From Sinorhizobium meliloti (lineage in GTDB: Bacteria; Pseudomonadota; Alphaproteobacteria; Rhizobiales; Rhizobiaceae): 32,000 nucleotides of DNA. The stretch's first letter is position 1. Every line of letters starts with the position of its first letter. Below, piece after piece: positions 23,954 through 32,000 of this stretch. A model generated the notes under the pieces. The model was not told the origin of the DNA and did not search any database. It saw nothing but the letters and a program-made list of their open reading frames with translations. A program made the position numbers and the translations under genes. The stretch spans positions 360,001 through 392,000 of the forward strand of contig NZ_JAGIOS010000002.1 in assembly GCF_017876815.1 (NCBI RefSeq), read 5' to 3'.

Positions 23954-25159
23954 ATGAGACTTGTGATTGTAGGCGCCGGTTTCGCCGGCATGTACGCCGC
24001 ACTTTCCGCAGCCCGTCTGCGCGATATCGAAGGCGTCTCGCCCGAAGAGCTTGAAATCGCGCTGGTATCCCCGGAACCGACGCTTGTCATCCGCCCACGG
24101 CTTTACGAGCCGAACCCCGAGACCCTGACGGCGCCTTTGCAGAATGTATTTGACGCCGTCGATATCGCCTACGTGCAGGGTAGTGTTGACGCGATTGATA
24201 CGAAGGCCTGCACCGTAGAGGTCGTCAATGCCGAGGGTGAACGAAAGACTCTTCAGTATCATCGCCTTGTGCTCGCCACCGGCAGCCGGTTGTTCCGTCC
24301 GAATATTCCGGGCCTCGCCGAATACGCCTTCAGCATCGACAATGTCGATGACGCCATTGCCCTCGATCGCCATCTCCACGAGCTTGCGAAGATGCCGGCC
24401 TCGGCCGCGCGTGACACCATCGTCGTTGCCGGCGCCGGCTTCACAGGTATCGAGGCGGCGACCGAGATGCCTTCGCGGCTGCGGACCCTATTCGACAAAA
24501 CCGCCAATCCGCGCGTCATCATCATCGACCGCAGCAGCGCGGTCGCCCCTGACATGGGTGAAGGCGCTCGCCCGATCATTGAGGACGCGCTGCGCAGGCT
24601 CGGCGTAGAGACGCGGCTCAACGCCGGAGTTTCATCGCTCGACAAGTCCGGAGTCACGCTGAGTACTGGCGAGCATATCGAAACCATGACGGTGATCTGG
24701 GCGGCAGGCATGCGGGCCAATCCGGTTACCACTAAAATTCCCGGCGAACGTGACAAGTTCGACCGGCTGCTGGTCGACGGCTGCCTGCGTGTACCGTCCG
24801 TGCCAGGCGTCTTCGCCACCGGGGATGCCGCGCGCGCTGCTTGCGACGACTGCGGCAACTACGCACTGATGTCGTGCCAGCACGCCACACGCATGGGCGC
24901 CTTCGCGGGCAACAATGCCGCTGCCGAACTGTTAGGCGTACCGCCACGGCAATATCATCAGAAAGCCTATGTCACCTGCCTTGACCTCGGCGATGCCGGA
25001 GCCCTTTTTACCCGGGGCTGGGATCGCGAGGTGGAGATGGTCGGCGAAAAAGCGAAGGCGACGAAGCAGGAGATCAACACTGTCTGGATCTATCCGCCGG
25101 AGCCCGAGCGTGCCGCGGCACTGGCTTCCGCCGATCCGGAGCGTGTGACGGACCTCTGA
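23954..25159 (+). CDS. NAD(P)/FAD-dependent oxidoreductase, type II NADH dehydrogenase (NDH-2)-like
   Basis: Track ORF 23795..25159 trimmed to ATG 23954 (N-terminus MRLVIVGAGFAGMYAA). A second dinucleotide loop, VVAGAGFTGIEAA, and the motif ATGDAA. Confidence 0.85.
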   Translation: MRLVIVGAGFAGMYAALSAARLRDIEGVSPEELEIALVSPEPTLVIRPRLYEPNPETLTAPLQNVFDAVDIAYVQGSVDAIDTKACTVEVVNAEGERKTLQYHRLVLATGSRLFRPNIPGLAEYAFSIDNVDDAIALDRHLHELAKMPASAARDTIVVAGAGFTGIEAATEMPSRLRTLFDKTANPRVIIIDRSSAVAPDMGEGARPIIEDALRRLGVETRLNAGVSSLDKSGVTLSTGEHIETMTVIWAAGMRANPVTTKIPGERDKFDRLLVDGCLRVPSVPGVFATGDAARAACDDCGNYALMSCQHATRMGAFAGNNAAAELLGVPPRQYHQKAYVTCLDLGDAGALFTRGWDREVEMVGEKAKATKQEINTVWIYPPEPERAAALASADPERVTDL

Positions 25160-25174
25160 TCGCTTCAAGGCACG

Positions 25175-25202
25175 AACTGCGCTCTGAGCAAGAGCGCAGT
25201 TT
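25175..25202 (+). terminator. Terminator hairpin after the NDH-2-like gene
   Basis: AACTGCGCTCT-GAGCA-AGAGCGCAGTT, a perfect 11-bp stem starting 16 nt after the stop. The trailing T-run is short (TT). Confidence 0.55.
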
Positions 25203-25571
25203 GCAACATTCCGGCCTGCTCATGAGGCACCCCGTCAATTCACATCTGTCCCGGACCTTTGCGTGCACCACTGGCATCTCGATCCGTGGCATGCACGTAC
25301 GACATCGCAGACAGGCCGGGGTTGGCGAAGAGACCGTCACGAAGTTACCCGCTCGAACCAGTCAAGATTGGCGCGTTAGAGAGCCCGACAATCACCAGAC
25401 CGCTTTTTGCAGGTTGCACCGATGCTCACCAAACAGGCCATCCGCAGTGCATTTGCCGCGACGGCCTCCGAACATCGGTTACCTGCGTAGTTCGGCTGGA
25501 CTTCCTGCACTAAGGTCAGTTGAGATTCATCTGGAGTCTAAGACGGTTGCTGCGAGATGGATGATGGCGCT

Positions 25572-25786
25572 TCTCCTCGCCCTCATCTCTGTGCTTGTCA
25601 CAGAGATCCAGCGGCGCCGCGTGGGCGGCGCGGAGAACGTTCTTTCAGCCCAAGGACTTGGTCTGGCTGGATCCCTGTGACGAGCACAGGGATGAGGAGA
25701 TCAAACAAGCCGCGGCAGGAAATCCAAATCTCAACAGGCCTTAGAGCGGGATGAGGAAAGGTGTGTGCGGTCTTCCGCCCGCATCC
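25572..25786. repeat. Second mosaic repeat block: 171-bp two-hairpin unit (25572-25742) followed by the A motif (25741-25786)
   Basis: Same components as 6803-7048 but with the A motif on the other side of the unit. Perfect hairpins ATCTCTGTG-CTTGT-CACAGAGAT (25585-25607) and ATCCCTGTG-ACGAG-CACAGGGAT (25671-25693). Confidence 0.85.
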
Positions 25787-25807
25787 CGCGCCTCAACTTC
25801 TTGGAAC

Positions 25808-25856
25808 GATCACGTTCAATGTTTTTGGGTCGACCCGACCTAAAAACATCGTGATC
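25808..25856. repeat. Long hairpin extending the A-motif repeat
   Basis: GATCACG-(TTCA)-ATGTTTTT ... AAAAACAT-CGTGATC: 15 paired bases with a 4-nt bulge and a 15-nt loop. It resembles the second half of a common rhizobial intergenic repeat. Confidence 0.5.
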
Positions 25857-26079
25857 TAGGGAAGGATGGCGCTTTCCACATGGTTAATATCCCGCCGAAA
25901 TCTGCCTTGAATCCGATCTGCTCCCATTCGGGTATCAGCTTTCGGTTTCCGGGATAACGCGACGTTGATGCACGATATGCCACTGCATCCAGATAGACAG
26001 CTGAGTCGCACGCGAGATAGCTATTTCAACGATCCCTCACGTCCATCCAGTGCGCCTGAATCCACAGCTGGCTACGATC

Positions 26080-27108
26080 TTATGAGGCGGTGACCCGGAC
26101 CGGCCGGGAGGAGAGCGTCGCCAGATATTGGCTGTCGATCGGTGGCATGAAAGCAAGGCTTTCAGCCGGTATAGCGAGCGAAAGCCCGTTTGCTTCGCAT
26201 CGGTCATGAAGGAGGTCGACGATCTCATTCTTGGCAGGAGTTCGAATTGCGACGTTGTCTACGCGGAATTGAAGCTCGACTTCGATGGCGATGGCGTCGA
26301 TTGCTTTCAGGGCGGCGACCGGCGGCGGGCTCTTATTGATCAGGACACTGGATTGAAGCGCAGACCGCATGATTTCCTCGACGACGCGCGGCCTTTGCGT
26401 TGCCGCGACGCGCACACGTAACGTGATCAGGTGCGTCTCGTCGGGGCGGCTGAGATTTGTCATGCCCTGCTTTGCCAAGACGCTGTTCGGCAGCACGACG
26501 ACATTGTGCGTAGCGCTCAACAGGTTGGTGGAGCGCCAATTGGTTTCGATGACGCGGCCCTCGGTTCCGTCGGTCAACTCAATCCAGTCCCCTATCGCAT
26601 AGGCTCTGCCGAGTGTCAGCGCGATGCCGGAGAAGACGTCGCCGAGCGTATTTTGTAACGCAAGGCCGAAGATAACGGCGATGACACCCGACGTCGTGAC
26701 CAAGGTGCCGACCGGCATGCCGAAGACGAAACCTACAACGGAAAGCGCCACACCAAGATAGATGGCGGCAATGGCCATATCCTGGATGAGGTGTGCTTCC
26801 CGCGGCCTTCGGTTCAACCTGACGTAGATCTGGATGAAACCGATGACAGCCCAGGCGAGATGGGCCCACCACAGGATTCTGGCCGATTTTGAAAGCAGCG
26901 CTCCAATGCCCTGCAAATGGACGCCATCAGGCCGATACGGAGCGATACCCCCAAGGTAAAGCACCACGCTCATGACGCTGAAGAACAGAATCTGGGCGAT
27001 CAGACGGCCCGTCGGTCGGGTGCCGCCCTGGATGTGCCAGACGACGATCCCGGCAACCCCCAGAACGTTGACCAGGACAAGCGGTACCGAGTTGTCATCA
27101 CCAAACAT
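26080..27108 (-). CDS. Mechanosensitive ion channel family protein (MscS-like)
   Basis: Track ORF 26080..27138 trimmed to ATG 27108 (GAGGA upstream). The MscS pore-helix/beta-domain signature is GVIAVIFGLALQNTLGDVFSGIALTLGRAYAIGDWIEL. Confidence 0.85.
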   Translation of the reverse strand: MFGDDNSVPLVLVNVLGVAGIVVWHIQGGTRPTGRLIAQILFFSVMSVVLYLGGIAPYRPDGVHLQGIGALLSKSARILWWAHLAWAVIGFIQIYVRLNRRPREAHLIQDMAIAAIYLGVALSVVGFVFGMPVGTLVTTSGVIAVIFGLALQNTLGDVFSGIALTLGRAYAIGDWIELTDGTEGRVIETNWRSTNLLSATHNVVVLPNSVLAKQGMTNLSRPDETHLITLRVRVAATQRPRVVEEIMRSALQSSVLINKSPPPVAALKAIDAIAIEVELQFRVDNVAIRTPAKNEIVDLLHDRCEANGLSLAIPAESLAFMPPIDSQYLATLSSRPVRVTAS

Positions 27109-27144
27109 GGCACAAATCCTCGATTGTGGTTGAATCAAAGACGC

Positions 27145-27173
27145 GGCCGGGCGCCAACACTGGAGGCCCGGCC
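27145..27173 (-). terminator. Hairpin immediately after the cupin gene
   Basis: GGCCGGGC (27145-27152) / GCCCGGCC (27166-27173). On the minus strand it is followed by GCGTCTTTGATTC. Confidence 0.4.
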
Positions 27174-27180
27174 TGATAGT

Positions 27181-27606
27181 CTATTCCTTGATCGGGAAGG
27201 TCAGTTCCGTTTCAGCGGTATCGACCACAAAGACGGCGAGCAGCTTTGCCGGCTTGGTAGTGCTGGTGTTTTCGCTGACTCCGTGGCGATCGCCTGGCAA
27301 TTCCGAAAAGCTTTCACCAGCGCTGTAAACCGTAACGGGACCGTCATTGACCTGGCTGCGGATGGCGCCCTCGAGAACGGTAGCGTAAATGAAGGCGGAT
27401 ACTGGATGTGTATGGCCCTCCGAAAAGCCGCCCGGAGCGTACTCGACGAGAACGCCCTTCACGCTCTTGCCAGGAACGTTCGGCAGTTCATGCTCATAGA
27501 CGAGCGTAACCTTCGCGCCCTCATCGCCACCTGACGAATCATGTGCGAGCGCCGTCCCTGATAGGAGAGCCGCCAACACGACGGCAAAATGCAATGTCTT
27601 GATCAT
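27181..27606 (-). CDS. Secreted cupin-domain protein
   Basis: 141 aa. Signal peptide MIKTLHFAVVLAALLSGTALA. Cupin motifs GGFSEGHTHP and PGDRHGVSEN. Confidence 0.75.
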   Translation of the reverse strand: MIKTLHFAVVLAALLSGTALAHDSSGGDEGAKVTLVYEHELPNVPGKSVKGVLVEYAPGGFSEGHTHPVSAFIYATVLEGAIRSQVNDGPVTVYSAGESFSELPGDRHGVSENTSTTKPAKLLAVFVVDTAETELTFPIKE

Positions 27607-27669
27607 GTCTTCTATCCTTTCGTGACTGGGGGCACCGGGCTGCCCAATAGACCGCCCGTGCGCCGATCG

Positions 27670-28422
27670 TTACTTTCTGGGCGTCGTCGCAAACCACTCA
27701 TCGAAACCGATACGGCCGACGCGAGGGTGCTTGTCCGAGACGAGTGAACCCTCTTCCAGTTTTGTCCCAAAATACCGGGCATCCGGATCTGCGATGACGG
27801 TGCGGGAATCTCCGATCGCCTTGAGATAGCGCGCGGCAAAATCGCAAAGACGAGCGCGCTCGGGCCCGCAGATTTCGATGATGTCGTTAGCCGGCGCGGC
27901 AAGGGCCGCGTCCGTCACGAAATCGGCGACGTCTTCGGACGCTATCGGCTGTAACAAACCCGTCGACAGGCGAGCAGTGCCATTGACCGTGCCCGCCTCG
28001 GCGATACCGCCGAGAAACTCCATGAACTGTGTGGAGCGCACGATCGTATAGGGTATGCCGGCTGCCCAGATGATCTTTTCCTGAGCAATCTTGGCTCGAA
28101 GATAGCCGCTATCCGGCAAACGATCTGCGCCGACGATGGAGAGGGCGACATGGTGCTTTACGCCGGCTTTCATTTCCGCCGCCATCAGATTCCTGCCCGC
28201 TTTCTGAAAGAATTCGAGCACGGCGTTGTCCTCGAAGGAGGGCGAGTTCGCGAGGTCGATAACCACCTCGGTATTCTTCAGTGCGTCCGCCAAGCCCTCG
28301 CCGGTGAGGGTGTTGACGCCGGTTTTCGGGGCAGCGGCAATGACCTCATGCCCTTTCTTGCGCAAGCGCTCTGCAGTCTTCGAACCGATCAGGCCGGTTC
28401 CGCCGATGATCACGATTTTCAT
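27670..28422 (-). CDS. NmrA-like / atypical SDR NAD(P)-binding protein
   Basis: Track ORF 27670..28596 trimmed to ATG 28422 (GGAG upstream). N-terminus is the Rossmann motif MKIVIIGGTGLIGSK. 250 aa. Confidence 0.85.
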   Translation of the reverse strand: MKIVIIGGTGLIGSKTAERLRKKGHEVIAAAPKTGVNTLTGEGLADALKNTEVVIDLANSPSFEDNAVLEFFQKAGRNLMAAEMKAGVKHHVALSIVGADRLPDSGYLRAKIAQEKIIWAAGIPYTIVRSTQFMEFLGGIAEAGTVNGTARLSTGLLQPIASEDVADFVTDAALAAPANDIIEICGPERARLCDFAARYLKAIGDSRTVIADPDARYFGTKLEEGSLVSDKHPRVGRIGFDEWFATTPRK

Positions 28423-28501
28423 GAGAGGCTCCATTTTCGAGGGCCCATACGGTGCGCGTCGCTCGATAGGTGAATTTGAGAAAGCCCGTTGACGCCAGGG
28501 A

Positions 28502-28530
28502 TTGAAGGCCGTCCTGAACACGGCCTTCAA
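28502..28530 (-). terminator. Strong hairpin between the MBL-fold gene and the NmrA-like gene
   Basis: TTGAAGGCCGT-CCTGAAC-ACGGCCTTCAA, a perfect 11-bp stem 39 nt downstream of the MBL gene stop. No clear U-tract. Confidence 0.45.
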
Positions 28531-28568
28531 AGTTGCACGTTCTGGTTCGACCTCAATTCCACAAGCGG

Positions 28569-29522
28569 TCAGTAGTCCCAGAAGACCGGCACCCAACGAA
28601 AGGTGTCGCCATCGACCGCGACATGGCCGACGGAAGGAAACGGCATATGCGTTGCCACCAGCAGTTCACCGGTCGCCGCCAGCTCCTGCAAAAGCCGGAC
28701 GCGGACGCGAGCTGCCTCCTCGGGGTCGTGTTCGAAACCGTTGTGCCAGTCGGGGTGGTCGAATCCGACCGCGAACACGGCGTCGCCGGCAAACATCAGA
28801 CGGTCGTTGCCCGAAGCCACGCGGACCACGCTGTGTCCCGGGGTATGCCCGCCGGTACGAGACACGACCACGCCCGGCGCCACCTCACGCTCATCCTCGA
28901 ACAGCCGCAGGTGGTTCTGATAATCTTTGGCGAACCGCTTGGCGGCCGCCCGAAGCGCGTCCGGGAACCCCTCCGGCATGACCGCGTGGGTGAAATCGGG
29001 CGACTCCCAGAATTTGACCTCGGCAGCGGCAACGTGGATCCGCAGGTCCGGATTCAGCTGCTCCTTCACCCCGTCGACCAGCAGTCCGCCAACGTGATCC
29101 ATGTGCATGTGGGTCAGTACCACGTCGGTCACGGATGCGAGGTCGATGCCGGCGGCCGCCAGCCGCTTCATCAGCTGCCCAGCACGGGGCAAGTTCAAGT
29201 CGGGGTCGAGTCCCAGGCCAGCGTCGATGAGAATGGTCTGCTCGCCGCTACGGACCACGACGACGTTCAGCGCCCAGTCGAACGCGTCCTGCGGCAGAAA
29301 CATGTCGCCCAACCACGCGGCACGGGCGGCCGGGTCGGCGTTATGGCCCAGCATCGCGGTTGGAAGCGGTAGCACCCCATCGCTGATCACCAGGACTTCA
29401 ATCTCGCCGATTTGCACCGCGTAGCGTGACGGCACCAGCTCCTCGGGTGCGGGTCTACCGACATATGAGGCGTTTTCCCGTTTCATGCTTGCCTCCTGAG
29501 TATTGCTGCTCATCTGGTTCAT
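28569..29522 (-). CDS. MBL-fold metallo-hydrolase (lactonase-like)
   Basis: HxHxDH motif THMHMDHVGG, plus TGGHTPGH and GDAVF. Start candidates are ATG 29522 (GAGGAG 9 nt upstream) and ATG 29486 (AGGAGG 5 nt upstream). The track start at 29603 is unlikely. Confidence 0.85.
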   Translation of the reverse strand: MNQMSSNTQEASMKRENASYVGRPAPEELVPSRYAVQIGEIEVLVISDGVLPLPTAMLGHNADPAARAAWLGDMFLPQDAFDWALNVVVVRSGEQTILIDAGLGLDPDLNLPRAGQLMKRLAAAGIDLASVTDVVLTHMHMDHVGGLLVDGVKEQLNPDLRIHVAAAEVKFWESPDFTHAVMPEGFPDALRAAAKRFAKDYQNHLRLFEDEREVAPGVVVSRTGGHTPGHSVVRVASGNDRLMFAGDAVFAVGFDHPDWHNGFEHDPEEAARVRVRLLQELAATGELLVATHMPFPSVGHVAVDGDTFRWVPVFWDY

Positions 29523-30087
29523 CTTTGAACGCTCCTCTGTTCTATGTCGTGGATGGCTTGCGCTTCCTGGGTGGAAGCGGGGTGAAAGTCGATCGCGACA
29601 CACTCAATGCCGGTGTGTCCTCTAATGATCTATCGAAAGCGATCTGCGGCTGCGCCAGAACGATTGCTGCCGCTGTAGAGCTATTGCTGCTGACGCATCC
29701 GCATGCGGCGATCGCCCGGTGTCGCCGCTCGGTCGAATTCTCGTGCGCGATAAATGTCCGGCGATGATCATTGGGATCGTCATTTGCGCAGCGCTCTGCT
29801 GCTTCGCCGGCATTCGATTTCGACCATCGCTGAAAATCATCGCCCTGAGGAGGCATCACTCGTCTGGCGAACTGGTGCTTGGCCTTTCCCATAGCCTTCG
29901 TGATCAACGTCGCGGGCCCATTGAGGCTCGGCGCTATTTCTCAAGGAGCGCCCAAACATGGATTGCCGCAAGTTGCGGCCGCACAGCCGCCAGACTAGGG
30001 TGCGCGCGCAACCGCCAGCACCCTCTCAAAGCTAATTCGCTCGAACGCTGGTGATCTTATGTTTCATTTGTTTTGTCGGAGCAGCCG

Positions 30088-32000
30088 ATGATGCTCATCT
30101 GGCCGTATCGTCCCCACCCCCGGCATCTGGCTCTCTTTATCGTAGCCTACGTCCTGGGCTGCGGTTTTGCGCACGCCCTGGCAATTGTCCCTGGGACCGG
30201 GATCTCCTTTTGGGCTCCTAGCGGGCTCTTCATTGCCACGCTCGCTATTGTCCAAAGGCAGAGCTGGCCGTGGTGGCTTCTGGCGGGATGTTTCGCCGAG
30301 GTGCTAAGCAATTTCCTGTGGTTCCACAGCCCGTTCCCTGCCGCCATGCTGATATATGTCGGCAATGCCCTAGAGGCAGTGATCGGTGCCTCGCTGGTCA
30401 ATTGGGCCTTAAAGCGATCGATTCGATTGGAAACCTTGCGGGAGGTTCTCGCTTTCGTCGTTCTGGGTGCTGGAGTTGCACCGGTGGTGAGCGCCACCGT
30501 CGGAAGTGCGACACTCGCCTGGTTCCGCATATTATCGCAAACCTTCACCGGCGCCTGGCCGCTCTGGTGGATTGGAGACGCCACTGGTGTCTTGATCGTT
30601 GCACCGCTGGCATTTATCGTAATCCAGAACTGGCGCGACAAGACCGAGCTTTCGGCGGCCCGATTGGCAGAAGCCTGCGTTCTTGGGCTGATTTTTCTTG
30701 GAGTCGCCGCCCTTTCGCTCAGCGGCTACTTACCCTTTGCATACATCATCATGCCACCACTTCTTTGGGCCGCGGTGCGCTTCGAGGTCAAGGGTGCGGT
30801 CGTCGTCCTGGTCCTCCTCACACTGATCACGGCGATATTCACGATATCCGGAACCAGTCCGTTTGCCGGCGACGACGAGACCCAGCGCCACAAGCAGTTC
30901 ATGCTACAACTTTTCTTGGCAATTTCGGCATTTTCAGCGCTCATCGTCGCCGCCATATCCCGCCAGTATCAACTGGCATTGTCGAACCTGCAACAAAGCG
31001 TGGCTACTTTGCGGGAGAGAGAGCGGGAACTCTCTCAGATCGTGAACATGGTCCCAGTTCATATCCGGCGGCTGACCCCCGAAGGCGAGCCGACGTTCTT
31101 CAACAAGCGTCTTACTGATTTCTTCGGGCTTGACCTGCAACAGTTGGAAAAGCCGAATGCAAGCCGGCTGGTGACGGCCGTGCAGACCCTCGTCCATCCC
31201 GATGATGCCGATAGCTTGCTGCAAGCCGTTCGCCGGTCCCTGGCTACGGGCGAACCGTACTCCATAAAATATCGCATGCGGCGTGCGGACGGCGCCTATC
31301 GGTGGGTCGATGGCAGGGCCGAGCCTTTGCGGGATGACAGCGGAACCATCTTGCAATGGTTTGCAATCTCCATCGACATCGATGATGAGGTCCGAATGCA
31401 AGAGGCGCTCAAGCAGAGCGAGCGTCGCTACCGCGAACTCTTCCACTATATGCCGATCGGTCTTGCCCAGATAGATGCAGGCAAGCTTATCCCAATGTTC
31501 AAAGAAATGCGGGCACAGGGCGTCGTCAGTCTCGAAACTTACATTGACGAGAACCCCGAATTCCTCAGCCACGCGCTGGAAGCGCTGGAGGTCGAAGAGG
31601 TCAACCAGCATGTCATTGACATGTTCCGCGCAAATAGCCGGGAAGAAATGGGCGGCTCGATCACCCGCTACTGGCAGCCGGCCCTTGCCACCATCCGCCG
31701 CTCCATCGAAGCACGCTATCGCGGCGAAGAGGTCTTCCAGGAAGAAACCAGAGTGGCGCGGATGGACGGCAGCGTCATGGACGTCGTTTTCGCTACTGCC
31801 CAGCCCGGCGCCATTGCCGACAAGAGCCTCGTCGGCTTTATCGATATCACAGAGCGGAAGCGGGCCGAAGAGGCTCTGCGCGCACGCGAGCGGGAATTCT
31901 CGCAGCTCGTGAACATGGTTCCCAGCTATCTCTGGCGGTTGACGCCCGACGGTGTCCCGAACTTTCTAAATCAGCGACTGATCGATTTTCTGGGCCCGGA
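30088..32000 (+). CDS. MASE1 domain + multiple PAS domain sensor protein (5' part; continues beyond the window)
   Basis: I hand-translated frame 1 from ATG 30088 (GGAG 6 nt upstream; in-frame TGA at 30052). It is open for 637 codons to the window end. N-terminal ~290 aa are polytopic, with the MASE1 motif PLWWIGDATGVLIVAPL. These are followed by PAS-like modules (YRMRRADGAYRWVDGRAEPLRDDSGTILQWF). It is not in the ORF track because it has no stop in the window. Confidence 0.85.
   Translation, partial: MMLIWPYRPHPRHLALFIVAYVLGCGFAHALAIVPGTGISFWAPSGLFIATLAIVQRQSWPWWLLAGCFAEVLSNFLWFHSPFPAAMLIYVGNALEAVIGASLVNWALKRSIRLETLREVLAFVVLGAGVAPVVSATVGSATLAWFRILSQTFTGAWPLWWIGDATGVLIVAPLAFIVIQNWRDKTELSAARLAEACVLGLIFLGVAALSLSGYLPFAYIIMPPLLWAAVRFEVKGAVVVLVLLTLITAIFTISGTSPFAGDDETQRHKQFMLQLFLAISAFSALIVAAISRQYQLALSNLQQSVATLRERERELSQIVNMVPVHIRRLTPEGEPTFFNKRLTDFFGLDLQQLEKPNASRLVTAVQTLVHPDDADSLLQAVRRSLATGEPYSIKYRMRRADGAYRWVDGRAEPLRDDSGTILQWFAISIDIDDEVRMQEALKQSERRYRELFHYMPIGLAQIDAGKLIPMFKEMRAQGVVSLETYIDENPEFLSHALEALEVEEVNQHVIDMFRANSREEMGGSITRYWQPALATIRRSIEARYRGEEVFQEETRVARMDGSVMDVVFATAQPGAIADKSLVGFIDITERKRAEEALRAREREFSQLVNMVPSYLWRLTPDGVPNFLNQRLIDFLGP

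Noticed and set aside
25201-25680. 159-aa ORF in the gene-poor gap
   Set aside because: Its C-terminal half is a translation of the mosaic repeat unit. It has no RBS or motifs.
2650-28596. Long N-terminal extensions in the track ORFs (xdhA 2650, puuD 8098, permease 17451, NDH-2-like 23795, NmrA-like 28596, glpK 1770, MBL 29603)
   Set aside because: The extensions overlap upstream genes or are Arg/Ser/Pro-rich. Internal ATGs with good RBS give N-termini typical of each family, so the starts were trimmed.
28533-29372. 279-aa plus-strand ORF antisense to the MBL-fold gene
   Set aside because: The HxHxDH and other MBL motifs are on the minus strand. The plus-frame product is His/Arg/Val-rich with no recognisable motifs.
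29542-29907. 121-aa minus-strand ORF (MITKAMGKAKHQFARRVMPPQGDDFQRWSK...) between the MBL gene and the sensor gene
   Set aside because: It has no recognisable family and only a weak RBS, and its 3' part overlaps the MBL upstream region. The first ~60 codons have a coding-like look, so a small hypothetical protein is possible, but the evidence is too weak to call.
30147-31611. Track ORFs 30147..30641 (-), 30270..31118 (+) and 30934..31611 (-)
   Set aside because: All overlap the open MASE1-PAS reading frame (30088 onward), which has clear domain motifs. These ORFs are off-frame or antisense artefacts.
1-32000. CRISPR arrays, tRNA/rRNA genes, intact IS/transposons, integrases, toxin-antitoxin pairs and known anti-phage defence genes
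   Set aside because: I scanned by eye for regularly spaced short repeats, cloverleaf-like segments and characteristic protein motifs in all track ORFs. Nothing was found. The only mobile-element trace is the ~150-bp IS stub at 20669-20817.

Overview
High-GC alphaproteobacterial sequence. Gene content and order look rhizobial, and from memory most resemble a Sinorhizobium/Ensifer pSymB-type megaplasmid; I could not verify this. LEFT THIRD: glpK (-) is divergent from a bdhA-xdhA-xdhB operon. This is followed by a DUF1127-like small ORF, a LysR regulator, puuD-guaD (guanine -> xanthine -> urate -> 5-hydroxyisourate) and an lldD-like FMN dehydrogenase. MIDDLE: an ~8.6 kb carbohydrate/polyol module carries a SorC regulator, an FGGY kinase, a GatD-like Zn-dehydrogenase, a ribose-type ABC transporter and a divergent archaeal-type cupin phosphoglucose isomerase. 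The module is bracketed by ~0.48 kb direct repeats: the intact 3' end of lldD and a second copy with a frameshift and premature stop. The right junction holds a truncated IS transposase start. The left junction holds a fragment of the ndh-like gene that lies intact 12 kb downstream. RIGHT THIRD: AraC regulator, non-haem haloperoxidase-type hydrolase, NDH-2-like flavoprotein, a repeat-rich gene-poor gap, MscS channel, secreted cupin, NmrA-like protein and an MBL-fold hydrolase. A MASE1-PAS sensor gene runs off the window and is absent from the supplied ORF track. A mosaic palindromic intergenic repeat family recurs throughout, with a 65-nt identical core at 6953-7017 and 25647-25711. I saw no rRNA, tRNA, CRISPR array, intact mobile element or recognisable defence/toxin system. 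The best candidate for something undescribed is the ABC-uptake + FGGY kinase + GatD-like dehydrogenase + cupin-PGI cassette and its repeat-bracketed architecture. All coordinates were indexed by hand and no similarity search was possible.
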